In this document: positions 28,792 to 42,980 of the stretch, piece after piece
Position numbering within the stretch: position 1 is the first letter of the stretch
Layout: each line of letters begins with the position of its first letter
Source: the human T2T-CHM13v2.0 reference genome, Homo sapiens
Length of the DNA: 64,000 nt
Direction: 5' to 3' (one strand)
Assembly (NCBI RefSeq): GCF_009914755.1
Contig: NC_060926.1
Notes under the pieces: generated by a model
Databases searched by the model: none
Seen by the model: the letters and a program-made list of their open reading frames with translations, nothing else
What the model was told of the DNA's origin: nothing
Program-made: the position numbers and the translations under genes

Positions 28792-29185
28792 TATATCAGT
28801 CAGCTCCAGATGCCATAACAGAATACACAGACCGGGTGGCTTAAACAACAGAAATAGATTTTCTTGACATTCTGGAGGTTCAAAATCTAAGATCGAGGTG
28901 CTGGCAGGGTTAGTTCCTGGCGAGGCCTCTATTCTCAGCTTGCAGATGGCCACCTTCTTCTATGTCCTCACATGGCCTCTTCTCTGTGCACTCGTGGAAA
29001 GAGATCACTGGTTTCTCTTCCTCTTCTTACAAAAACACCAGCCCTGTCAGATTAGGGTCCCACCCTTAGGAACCCCATTTAACTGTAATTACCTCCTTAA
29101 AGGCCCTATCTTTAAATATAGTCATATTGTGGGCTGAGGCTTCAACAACACATGAATTTGAGGAAGACACAGTCCAGTTCATAAT
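28792..29185 (-). mobile_element. MLT1A-like MaLR LTR within a MIR
   Basis: GCCATAACAGAATAC...GGTGGCTTAAACAACAGAA...CTTCAACAACACATGAATTTG. Confidence 0.8.
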
Positions 29186-30235
29186 AGCTCATAAGGAGCA
29201 AACATAGACAGTGTGACTCCAGAGCCTGATGCTTTTCGTGTGTGTTAATACATATTTTATCAAGGTATAATTTAAATATTATAGCTCACTTAGTTTTGAA
29301 TAAATGCTTATGTCCATGGGACCCACATGTCTATCAAGAACGATACAGTTCTCTCAGCCACCACACCCTACCAGACCTCGTGATGACAGAAGGTGCTGCC
29401 ACTGGTAGATTTCACAGCAGGCAGTAGTCATCCCTAGAACTGTGGACACAAGGTCCACCCCCAGCCAAGACTCGATTCTGAGCTCCCTCCCTCCCATGCA
29501 CACACTGCATGGGGCTTCCTGCCTGGGCCAGTCCTCACGCTCTGCTGCTGTTCTCTGGGTCCCAGGAGACTGACCACTGCAAGCTGTATTTCCCAGGATA
29601 TTTTTCCTCCTCCCTCTCTGCCTTGGGCAGTATCTCAGCATCTCTTCTCTGGCTCCAGCTCCCAACAGATGACCCTAGTGCCTCCTCTTCGGTTTAAAAA
29701 AAAAAAAATACGACCTCCTCCCTGTTGACCTCCAGTTTAGAAGTGGTACTGGTTTTCTGCTATCACAATTCTTTGGATTATCTCACCTTCCATTGTTTGG
29801 CTTCTCAGCTCTTTTGTCTCCTGTATAACCAGTTCCCTGCATATTCCCTCTGTTTCAAATGCTCAGCAGGGTTTCTCTTTTCTGGATTATACTTTTCTGG
29901 TATACTGACATATTCCCTATTTGTCATAACTGGCTCAGTAACTGGGATGAGTCTAGATATATAGATGGAGCCCAGGCACAGAGGCTGAAAGCTAGAGGAC
30001 TCATAAGCAGAGGTTTCTCCAAGAGAATACCAGGAATTGTATTACATTTGTTCTCCACTTATTGACAACTTATTGGTCCATCTTGTTATCAAATTTGCAC
30101 TTGTTTGATTTATTCACTGTCTATGGCTCACCTATTTTTCAGGTAGACCTCTAACTGACATCAAGACAAAACATGCCTTTATCACCAGCTTCTTCAGCTG
30201 TTGTCATAACTGTAAGCTACTATTGGATTCGTCAC

Positions 30236-30482
30236 ACTGCAAATACCTCATGTTCTCACTTATAAGTGGAAGCTAAATGATGAGAACACACGGACACACA
30301 GAGGGGAATAACACACACTGGGGCCTATTGGAGGGTGGAGGGTGGGAGGAGGGAGAGGATCAGGAAAAATACCTAATAGGATTAATACCTGGGTGATGAA
30401 ATGAGACAAGTTTACTTGTGTAACAAACCTGCAGCTTACCTACGTAACCTATTACCCCTGAACTTAAAAGTTTAAAAAAAAA
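30236..30482 (+). mobile_element. L1P 3' end (older L1PA/L1PB-like)
   Basis: CATGTTCTCACTTATAAGTGG...GGAGGGTGGAGGGTGGGAGGAGGGAGAGGATCAGG...CCCCTGAACTTAAAAG plus A tail. Confidence 0.9.
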
Positions 30483-32526
30483 TGTGTTTGCTAATATGAA
30501 ATGGTTGGGGAGAAAAGAGGGACTAAGGAAGACAGGATGGGACACTAACACCGAGGAGCCTTCAACAACCTGTGGATATTCCTGGGGATCCTATCAGCCA
30601 GCTGGGGGTGGAGGAGGAGCCACAGGCAGAGCCTTTCAAGAGGCAAATGCCCGTCCAGCTCTGGCCCCAGTTTTCCTTACGGCAGCCTCTGCTTAACTAT
30701 AAAATCTATACTGAGTAGATTACCATGACTACCGCAGAAAGACCTCCACCTCTAGTTTGGCTGCAAAACTAAGTCTTTTCTTCCAAGAGCCTTTGGCTTT
30801 AGGAGGGAGCACCAGGAGGCAGACTGCAGCCACTGGCTCACTGCCCTACATGCCAGGGCCTTCTGCAGAACCGCAATAGTTACAAGTCAAGCTTCCTTTC
30901 CTCAGCCCATACCACCAAAGCAATGGGCTGTTGGCGTGCCCTGACAGCAGGAGGAGAAGCCCCACTGTCAGGGGGTAAAAAGAAACGAGACAGTTCCCAC
31001 TTCTTCACTCTACGTGATAAATCACTTCAGCTGGGAGAACTGTCATGAAACGACCTGGCAGCTAATGAGAGAAATGGAACCCAAAAAAAGAAAGAAAGGA
31101 AGAAAGAATCCTGTTAGTCACAGAGCTTTTCATCTGAACCGCAGAACAGGCTCGTGCTTTTTGCTTTCTGTGGGAATAATAAAATCACAGTCCTGTAACT
31201 ATATTAGCTCCTCAAACAAAAGTAACTCCCTAGAATAAAATTATGAGGGGTTTCTGAGTTGGATTTAGTTTTCACTGGGTAAAGGCATAAATTAAAAGGA
31301 GGAACCGGGTACCCTTAAGAAAGTCAATGAAGTAACTAAGCTTGCTATTCAAACCAGGAAAACACAGGCTGTGAGGCAGCTTCACTCTGCAGTCTATTCA
31401 ACACCTGGCGAACAAAACAACACTGACTCTGCCCAAGCCGGGATTTTCCCACAGTGGACCAGCAATTTCAGAGGCCCCTAGAATGCCAGGACTGTGTCTT
31501 AGACCTTGGAAAATAGGATGAAAAGGACAGGCTCAAAGGGATATTTAGTTCCAAAGGAAAATCACAAAAGCTAAAAGTTATTATAAGAGAAAGGCCCTAA
31601 AGCACATTACTGGAGATAAAATTTTAAGGGTAAATAAATACCCTTTGTGGAAAAGTGTTTAGGAAAAAACACAAAGAGAGCATGAATACCATATTATAGG
31701 TACAATATGTTCTATCCAAAATAAAAAGTAGGTTCAGAATCACATCAGCCTAATCATGCCTCCTAAGCAGCAGGCTATGTGAGGTAGAGAAATGTGGGCT
31801 CAGTACCTCTATCCCACATTCTTCATCCTCCCCTGCTCCACCACACCCACCTCCTGCCTTTCAGAACCGCCTTCCTCCAAAGACACCCAGGAACCTCAGA
31901 AAGAATGCTTCTCTAAATTATTCATACCACAGTGCTACTTCCTGTCCTTTCCTTCCAAGAAATATTTGCTATGTTAAAACCCAGTGAAAGTGAGCAATGC
32001 TTGAAACAAATAGTGAATCACTCCTGGTAATATTTCAGGCACTGGTAAAAATTTCATTGGATGGGGGAGGGAAAGAGGAGTCTCTTTCTCATACTCTAAA
32101 TTATACCACATATAAAAACAGACTATAAACATGACCTCTTTTATGTGGAAATTCACATTGCATAGGTAGAACATTATTTTTTTAAATGCTGACTTTCAAA
32201 AGTTGACATCAACTTTCAATCAAAATACTCATGTATTTAAAGAAGACCAGCAGAAAAATATTTATGAACTTATTTTCAACTTGTCCCCATTTTTGAACTT
32301 TTTTATCAGTGAAGAAATGGAAACATTTTTTCAATAACCAACAAACCTTTCTAAAACCCTGTTTGATCTTGCCACACTTCTATTAGTAAACCAAAATATT
32401 TTGGAAGTGTTTTATCCAAATTACACTTTGGTCCTGATAGGGATAAAATCCAATAAATGATAGGTCTATGTCCACATGACAATTATATGAGGTTCCTACT
32501 GTAATACTGGCATTCTCATTTCTGAC

Positions 32527-33045
32527 TGTGGCAGTCTGTTGCAGAGATAGCTATAATAATCCCTCCCCACTGCATGCTCTTTTTTGCTGTGACTTTGCCA
32601 CTCCTCCCATCAATAGATGAAGTCTGCTTCCTCTCCTCTTGAATCTGGGCTGGTTTCATTATTTGTTTCGACCAAGAGATTCTAGCAGAAAGGACTCAGT
32701 TTAATTGCTAGGCTTAGGCTTTCTAAAGAAGCTTTAGAACCTCTATCTTGCCCCCTTGGAGCTCCAAGCCTCCATGTAAGAAAGTCCAGGGTATACTGCT
32801 GTACTGCTAGAGAGTCACCTAGAAGAACACCGAGGTGCCCCAGTTGACAGCCAGTTCCAGACATGTGAGGAAGGCCATATTGGATCCTTCTATCCAGTCA
32901 AGGCCAGCCAGCACATGAAGAGCAGAGGCCAGACTTCTCCACTGAGTCCTGCTCAAATTGCAGATCCACAGAATCATAAGCAAATGACTGCTTTAAGCTA
33001 CTTTGTTTGAGGTGGTTTGTTACATAGCAGTAAGATAACGAAAAC
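32527..33045 (+). mobile_element. MLT1G/H-like MaLR LTR
   Basis: TGTGGCAG start; CTTGAATCTGGGCTGG; GGTGGTTTGTTACATAGCAGTAAGATAAC end. Confidence 0.75.
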
Positions 33046-33363
33046 ACAGACCTTATACAAAAATGACTAAATTGTGTAAAGCTACCCAGAACAGACATCT
33101 CAAAGACCAGATACCTGATCTAAGAAAGCACAGTCTGTCTCGCCGGGCATGGTGGCTCATGCCTGTACTCCCAGCATGAGCTCCACTGAGTCCTGCTCAA
33201 ATTGCAGATCCACAGTCATAAGCAAATGACTGTTTTAAGCTACTTTGCTTTGAGGTGGTTTGTTACATAGCAGTAAGATAACGAAAACAGACCTTATACA
33301 AAACTGACTAAATTGCATAAAGCTACCCAGAACAGACATCTCAAAGACCAGATACCTGATCTA

Positions 33364-33735
<372 letters not shown>

Positions 33736-33791
33736 TCAAAGTCCATATCATGGTCCAAATCAGAGAGTGTTCCCTCAATATCCATGCTTGC

Positions 33792-34115
33792 TTTTTTTTT
33801 TTTTTCCTTTCTTTCATTTTTTTTTTTAACAGGGTCTTACTCTGTCACCTGAGGGTCTTACTCTGTCACTGGAGTGTGGCAGTGCAATCAAGCCTTACTG
33901 CAGCCTCAGCCTCCTGAGCTCAGGTGATCTTCCTGCCTCAGCCTCCTGAGTAGCTGGGACCACAGACGCATGATAATTTTTTAAAATTATTATTTGTAGA
34001 GATGGGGGTCTTGCTATGTTGCCTAGGCTGGTCTCAAACTCCTGGGCTCAAGTCATCCTCCTACCTCAGCCTCCCAAAGTGCCGGGATTACAGGTGTGAG
34101 CCACTGTATCTGGCC
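33792..34115 (-). mobile_element. AluJ-like with a small internal duplication
   Basis: AGGGTCTTACTCTGTCAC occurs twice within 33830-33870. Confidence 0.88.
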
Positions 34116-34134
34116 ATGCTCCCTTTTTACAGCA

Positions 34135-34308
34135 ATGGGTCTCAAAATGTGGTCCTGGACCAGCATTATCAGCATCACATAGATACTGGTCAGAAATGCA
34201 AATTCTTATTCTCCTACTGAATGAAAAACTGGGGATGAGGGCCAGTCATCTGTATTTCAACAAGTCTTGCCGGTGATTCCGATGCACGCCATAGCGTGAG
34301 AACCAGTA
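34135..34308. mobile_element. MER5A
   Basis: TCTCAAAATGTGGTCCTGGACCAGCA...AGAAATGCAAATTCT...GGTGATTCCGATGCAC...TGAGAACCA. Confidence 0.8.
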
Positions 34309-35173
34309 TAGCAATAAAACCTCTGATGTTTAGCTGGTAAACATGGCCACCTGGACAAAGAGACTAGGTAAGGTGGCTGCATAAGGCCCCTTGACTAAGT
34401 TCTGTCAAAACAGAAACAACAAAAAGTAAAATAAAAAGTTCTGTCAAAACAGCAAAAAGTAAACAGAAATGTGAAAAGGGGAGTTATCTTCTCTGACTCC
34501 TCCTGCTTCATGATGGCTGGAATTCAGATGTGATAGCTGGAGCCCCAGAAATAGTCTTAGACAAGAGATAATGCTGAGAAATTAATCCACGCACAGCAGA
34601 GCAACAAAGTGGAAGGGGTATGGGACCCTGGCACTGTGGAGCTGCCATATTAGCTCTGAACTGACTCCCTGATTTCCTGAACAGAAAATTTCTACCTTGT
34701 TTAAGCCTGTTATTCTGTTTTCTATCTCTATAATATCCTAATGCATGATCTTAATAAAGTTAGTCCCCTTTCCCCTCACCTACTAAGATGTTCTTTAATA
34801 TAAGAATATTTTCTTTATTGTCACAAGTTATCTTGCAGATTATTTCTTTAGTTGTTTGACTCTCTTCCTATTGGTCTGGAAGCTCTATGAAAGCAGTTAC
34901 ATTTTCTTTATTATTGAATCCCCAGCATCTAATACACACTATCCTCACAATATTTACTGAATGGAAGATGGAAGGATGGATGTAGGCAAACCAAATTTTG
35001 TCCGTTTTTGGCACTGATAAATTGACTATGCTTCAAAATAAATCTTTTAAATACTAAATTTTCAACAAAACTATCCCCTGCCCATATCCTAGCTTTGTTC
35101 CACATTTAATCTGAATATGAAGCAATAATATCAGTAACAAACACTTTTAGAAGCTTTAAAATGTGCCAAAGAC

Positions 35174-35890
<717 letters not shown>

Positions 35891-36811
35891 GTGTGCCAAA
35901 GACTGTTACATATATCAACTCATATTGCCTGTATTAATTCTCATAGAGACTGAGATAGATAACTATGATGAGCCCTATTTTACAAATCCAAAATGTACAT
36001 TAAGTTATGTTCCCTAAAGTCCTTTAGGCTTATGCTATATGTTTCTTCTGGATCAAAATCTATTTGATTCAATTATTTAACATAATGTGTATTGCTTATT
36101 GTGTGCCAGTAAGGGACTGAGTTTAGGCAATTCTATGAGCAGAGTTAAAATTGGGAGAGCAAGGAGGCTTTGTATCAGCCCACTAAAATTTAAAGGGCAC
36201 AAGCAAACATTTTCAAGAATTTTCTGTTCTGAAATGTGTTATATTTACATGTTGACAACACATATATTTCTCTAACAGGTAGAAACAACTAAGCTTGATA
36301 TCTAATTATCAAGAAAAATTACTTAAATATGAAGCCAACAGATGGCACAAAGTGTTAAGAACACATAAATCATACATCATATGTTACAAAGCTGATTTAA
36401 GAGTGGGTTTGTGTCTTGTACTTATAGTGAAGGCTCTATCTCCGAATATATCCCTGGTAAAAGAACATCTCAAATGAGAAAAATCTCTAAGTCATTGCAT
36501 TACTTTCCAAAGATATTCACTGTAAACCTTAACTATGATTTTGGCTTAGTGTTTTTATTATTGGCTACCCTGTTGACCAAAACAAAGATTTGGCACCTTG
36601 GCTGTTCAGACTGAAACTCCCGGCCAATGCAATTTGACCATGAAATGTTATGAGTGCTCACTATGATAACATGGTACAATTCAGGCAGATATAAGCTTTG
36701 CTGAAGAAGTATTCTACAAAGTGCATTATCCATGAGGTTTGATTTCTATACTCTGAATTGGAATCAATTGGTAATATTCAATCCAAATAGCCACCTGAAA
36801 CAATACCCAAG

Positions 36812-37176
36812 TGCAATGGACCAAATGTTTGTGATCTCACAAAATTCATATATTGAAATCCTCATCCACAATATGATGATATTAGGAGGTGGGGCTTTGG
36901 GAGGTGATTAAATCAGGAGGGTAGAGCTTTCATGAATGGGTTAGTGCTCTTATAAGAGATCCCAGAGATGTCTCTAGGTCTCTCTTCACCATGTGAGGAC
37001 ATGACAAGAAGATGAGAAGATGGCCATCTGCAAGCCAGGAAGTGGGTGTTCACCCACAGAGAGAGATGCCTTGATCTTGGACTTCCCAGCTTCCAGAACT
37101 ATGAGAAATAAATGTTTGTCATTTAAACCACCCAGTCTATGGTATTTTGTCATAACAGTTCAAGCCGACTAAGACA
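36812..37176 (+). mobile_element. MLT1A-like solo LTR
   Basis: TG...GACTAAGACA termini; near-TSD CCAAG/CCAAT. Confidence 0.85.
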
Positions 37177-37266
37177 CCAATGGAGCACTTTGCATCTATG
37201 ATTTCATTGCTTCTCGTGGTTCCTTCATCTGCCTCACTCTATTTATCTTTAAAAGTTCTGCAGAGA

Positions 37267-37563
37267 GGCCGGGTGCGGTGGCTCACACCTGTAATCCCAG
37301 CACTTTGGGAGGCTGAGGCAGGCAGATCACGAGGTCAGGAGATGGAGACCATCCTGGCTAACACAGTGAAACCCCGTCTCTACTAAAAATACAAAAAATT
37401 AGCCGGGCATGGTGGCAGGCATCTGTAGTCCCAGTTACTCAGGAGGCTGAGGCAGGAGAATGGCGTGACCCCAGGAGGCAGAGCTTGCAGAGAGCCGAGA
37501 TCGCACGACTGCATTCCAGCCTGGGCGACAGAGCGAGACTCCAACTCAAAAAAAAAAAAAAAA
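37267..37563 (+). mobile_element. AluY-like
   Basis: ACCATCCTGGCTAACAC, GGAGAATGGCGTGA and GAGCTTGCAG diagnostics; TSD AAAAGTTCTGC(A/T)GAGA. Confidence 0.92.
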
Positions 37564-37576
37564 GTTCTGCTGAGAG

Positions 37577-37731
37577 CTGAGGTGCGCCTGTAGTCTCACC
37601 TACTTGGGAGGCTAAGGTGGGGAGGATTGCTTGAGGCCAGGAGTTCAAGGCTGTTGTATGCTATGATCACACATGTGAACAGACACTGTACCCCAGCCTG
37701 GGCAACATAGCAAGACTTCATCTCCAAAAAA
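37577..37731 (+). mobile_element. FAM (fossil Alu monomer, 7SL-derived)
   Basis: AGGCTGTTGTATGCTATGATCACACATGTGAACAGACACTG segment typical of FAM/7SL. Confidence 0.75.
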
Positions 37732-37849
37732 GTAAAGTTCAGGGGAGGCCTCAACTCCTTCACAGTCTTTCTTAACCTGATCTGTGTGGGGTCATTTCTA
37801 TATACTCCCATAGCACCTTGTGCTGACATTGCTCATAGGATTTATCACA

Positions 37850-38760
37850 ATTCAGTACAACTCAACAAGTATTGAATGAATGCCAATGAGACATGGTTCT
37901 AGGCACTTAGGAATCATTACTGAACAAATCAAAGATGCCTACCCTTCTAAGGAAAGATAGATAATAAACTACAATACATAAATAAATGTTGTAGTATGTT
38001 ATACTGATAAGTGCTATGGGAAAAAGAAACCGTGGAGTGGATTACAGGGAATGGGATGGAAGGGAGCACAGAAGAGATTCAGGTTGCAGTCTAAAATAGG
38101 GTGGCCATGGTAGGCTTCAGTGAGAACATGAGATTTCATCAAAATCTTGATGGACGTGAGGAAGTTAACTCTGTAGATCCTGGAGGAGGAGGATTCCAGG
38201 CAAAGGGAAGAGCTAAAGCAAAGATCCCTCCAGCAGGAGCATGATGATGAGATTGAGAAACTGCGAGACCAGTGAGTCTTGAGCAAAGTGCACCAGAAGC
38301 AAGGAAGAGAGGGAGAGAGGTGAAGCAGGGAGCACTAATTTTGTCAGACCTGTAGCCATTACAAAGACTTTGGCTTTTACTCTGAGCGAAATGGGGAGCT
38401 GGGAGAGCTGAGTTTTGGGTAGAGGAGAGACATTATCTGACTTAGTTTTGTAAGATTTGCTCTGGCCACTACGTTGAGAATAGAATTGTAGTGGGGCCAA
38501 GACAGAAGCAGAAAAACCTGTTAAGAGGTAATTATAGGTGAGAGATGATGATGCCTCAGGCCAGAACAGTAGCAGTAAAGGAGGGCAAATTCTCTATATA
38601 GAAACTTGGTAGATTAGATGTGGTATGTAAGAGACAGACAGAACCCAAGGATGACTCCTGGGATTTCGATCTAAGCAACTACTGCAATGGAGTTATCATG
38701 AACAAAGCAGGGAGACTATGAAAGAAACAAGTTAGGATCCAAAGAGCAGGAATTCAGAAA
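37850..38760 (-). mobile_element. L2 fragment
   Basis: Antisense L2 3' region (AACAAGTATTGAATGA...GGCTTTTACTCTGAG...CAAGGATGACTCC). Confidence 0.7.
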
Positions 38761-40817
38761 AGAATATAAACCTGGTCATTTTCTAAAAACCTTCCATTGA
38801 CACGTTCTAGTAAGATGGAGCAAACAGAAGGAGAGTGGGCATAGTAGTTTGAAAGAAAATCTGGGATTCTGCAGAGAGGAACATTTTAGAAATGTTGCAT
38901 TTCTCACTTTCAATACTTGATATCACAGACAATATTTTGAGAAAAAAAACACAGAAATCAATGTCTCTGAGTTGAAAACTGATCCTGAAGAATTAGACTC
39001 TGATCATGAAAAAATCCTAGAAATACTTGAAATGTTATGTTTACAGATTTGTTTACATTTGCCTTTATATCTATGGCACAATAATACGATTTTAAAAACC
39101 TGTCTAAATAAGTCTAATATTTTTTCATAAATGTAAAATAATTTGGTGATAAATCATTGCATCAGTTTAATTGGAAATTAATTTTTATTGGTGATACAAA
39201 AATGACATTTTAATCAGATGCAATGAAATATGATAGTAATATCCAATATTAATCATTTTCAATGTGCCAGGGACAGTGCAAAGTGATATGTTTGGATCTT
39301 TTCACTTCATCCTCACAACAATCCTATGAAGTAGTTGCCATTATTTTCCTCTTCAGCAAAAGCTCAAAATAGCAAAGTAAATTTATACTTTCTGTATGTC
39401 CCATAAGATTTTCATACTTTGCAATGTTTTTTCTTGGAAAAAGGTCATCAGCCTCTTATTTAATAATTCCTCACCTTTAAGAATTTTAAGAACAAAATCT
39501 TTAGCACAGGCCTTTCATACCTGCTCCATATGTTATCCCAAGTGTGGCCTATATCTCTGTTCCATGTAGACCTCGAATTCTAGTTTCCTCTGTCTTGTGT
39601 TTAGAATGCTAAATTTGGTTCTCTCTGTTAAGGTCAAAACTCAGGCATAGAAAGAGAAGTTGGGGTTAAGAGGATTGGGACACTTAAAGTCTAATGGCTT
39701 AGACAAATATCTGAATGCGTAATATAATTCATAACACATGACAGGTGCTCGGCCTCTGTGTGTGTAGCAAGCTCTGACAAGGAAGGGACAACTTAGGACA
39801 AGCCCTAAGGAAAAGAAGAGAGGGCGTTTTTTAAACTCCTTTGGCTATATCACATATTGTGGATAATTCCAGTAAGCATTCCTGGGCTTCAGCAAGCTAC
39901 TTAGGGGTGTTTGGTTATAACCCTTTCGCATCTTGTATCACTTAGGCCACAAGAGCATGCAGTATCTGCTTAATCTTGGACTACACATAATAGACTAGGT
40001 TATATAAAAGTCCTGAAAATGATTCAGTTGCAGCTTCCTGGAAAATGTGCAAGAAACTCTGACACATAATGACAAAAGCATAGGCTCAAAACCACAGTTA
40101 CGAAAACTATTTAGGACTGTGCCATGGAAAGATATTAGTAACACTTACAGAGTATCAGACAGTAACATATTAGACAATAACATCTGCAGACTCGGTCCAT
40201 GAATTTGCACTGGGTAATTGTACTGGGGGAAGAGAGGGACAAAAAGAATGTAGTTCGTCCTGGAAGAAGCCTAGTTAAGGAGATTGTGGACTTTGATTAA
40301 GAAATTATACTGGCAAGAGCCAGGACTGTGAGCACAACAAATTCTAGCTAATTCAACTCCATTTCACTCTTTATAACTCTCATTCATAGTTTGAGAATAT
40401 AGGTACTAAGGGGCCTCTAATCTTAAAAGGATCTCAGAACTGTAAATGTATCTGCTCCAACTCATGGATTACGATAGAATAGACATGTTTCCTGATCTAT
40501 AAATGTAAAACCCTAATGATATGAAAATCTAATTGTGCAGGGGAGGCACAGGCATATGTGCCTTCCTCTAAGTTCTGTTAGCAAGAAGATATTCCTGGAA
40601 GAAAAACAAACATGTACAATAAATCATTGTCATTTTTGACAGGACTTTTTTAAAAAGTATGTCAAATAGTTAAGAATTTAGTTAATAGGAAGAGATTCCT
40701 TGCTAAGAAAAGTTTACACAGAAAAATAACACTAGCAATCATGACATTGAATTTTTTAAGGGTTCGTATTCTCATTTGCTGCCCAGGGATGTACACAGAC
40801 TAAAAGATTTATTCTCA

Positions 40818-41446
<629 letters not shown>

Positions 41447-42700
41447 TAAAGTTGCAAATAAACAAACGAAAACAACAACAACAAAAAAAGATTCATTCTC
41501 CCCTTCCCCATCATATGTACACACCCAGACAAGAAACCTGTTTCTAAATCGTCGCAGAAGTGGGGAGGGTGGAGAGAGAATAAAAGTCTTGCTGGGAGGA
41601 GCTTTTGAAAATAGACCCAGCCCTTCTTTGGATGTTATTAATGTAAATGTGTTGTGTGTGTGTGTTTGATTGGTGGGGGGGTTGGGAAGACAACCACTGA
41701 TTAAGCATCTGAACACACAAGTCAGATACTCTGATAAGGTTAGTTTTAGAAACACTGTAACTCCTAACCATGTTATGACAACCTTTTACTATGCAGAGAT
41801 GGGACGCTCCTTGGGCATGAACCACTGTATCCTGTAACTGAGTTTAGGTAGTAATGATTCCTGTTAGGGCATGAGTCTTCTGTGTTCTGTTTTCCAGTAT
41901 TACCAAGACAACACTCATGACTGAACCACAACTAACACAGAGAACAGAAGCGCTTTATCAAGATGCACGTGAACTTCAGCTTTAGGATGGGTAGAATTAC
42001 TGATATCTTTTTTACTTATATATTGAAAGAAATGTCACTATTCTTAACAAGAACTGTTTGCTTGTGCTCCTAAAAATACATCCTATGATAAATTTTACTT
42101 TATCCCAGTAAAGCATCAGTTTTTAAGCCCCAAAAGACATTTGCTGTGGACATTTTCTTTGCTTTCTTTTAGCATCAGGTAGCATGGGCATAAAGTCTGA
42201 AGGGAAAGAAGCAAGAACCCAATGAATCAGTTAAAAAGGCATGAGAATCCCTATCACTTTGCATTATTACTATGAATGCTTTAGATATTTGACTATTAAC
42301 ACTCACTGGTATGAAAGTAGTACAGTCAAAAATGCAGTATTTGGACAGAAGTATAAAAAAGTGATCTTGTTGTTCTCACAAAGTTAAGTGTCTCCACCTT
42401 CTCAGGGTTGCTAATGCTGTTTTCCCATGGCCTGTTGGAAAATATCACTATTTTCTTTGGGTTCTTTCCAGGTGCTTTATTGAGAGGGCAAGATGGAGGA
42501 AGAGAAGGCTGTTGTGAATCACTTAATTATGGAAAGACAGGGAGTGCTGACTTCAATACGCTTCTGTTTCTTCTACATAAACTCTCATAATCATGGAGGA
42601 GGAAGGATGGTCAGAAAATGTAGCATTAGTGATTTGCTGATTGTTCTAGCATAACAATTCTCAAATATTTTTATCCTATAATCTTACCTTTGTACCTTAA

Positions 42701-42980
42701 ACCAGTGTTTCTAAACTGTGTAAAGATGGACCAATTTTTTTAAATTTCCAATCCATTGCAGACCAATGCCTTTGTAAAATACAGTTAAAATGAATTACTA
42801 GAAAAGCAAAATGTTTAAAGCCAAGAATACAAAATATAAGCCCAAAAAATTTACATTGATTTTAATAGACATAAAATATTCTGTCAAATTACTATTCAAG
42901 TTTATAAATGCTTACTCTCAATGCCTGCACTTATCTTGCTGCAGACAGTAACAAACTATCCCTAACTATAGTTTGACAAT
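42701..42980. mobile_element. hAT-Charlie-type non-autonomous DNA transposon remnant
   Basis: CAGTGTTTCTAAACTG terminus and AT-rich internal sequence resembling Charlie derivatives. Confidence 0.45.

Noticed and set aside
36150-36800. Unexplained AT-rich segment with faint transposase/integrase-like peptide fragments
   Set aside because: Similarity too weak to name a family without an HMM search
37577-37731. Possible 7SL RNA gene (also 51722-51878)
   Set aside because: Lacks the 7SL S domain and is heavily diverged; fits FAM retrocopies
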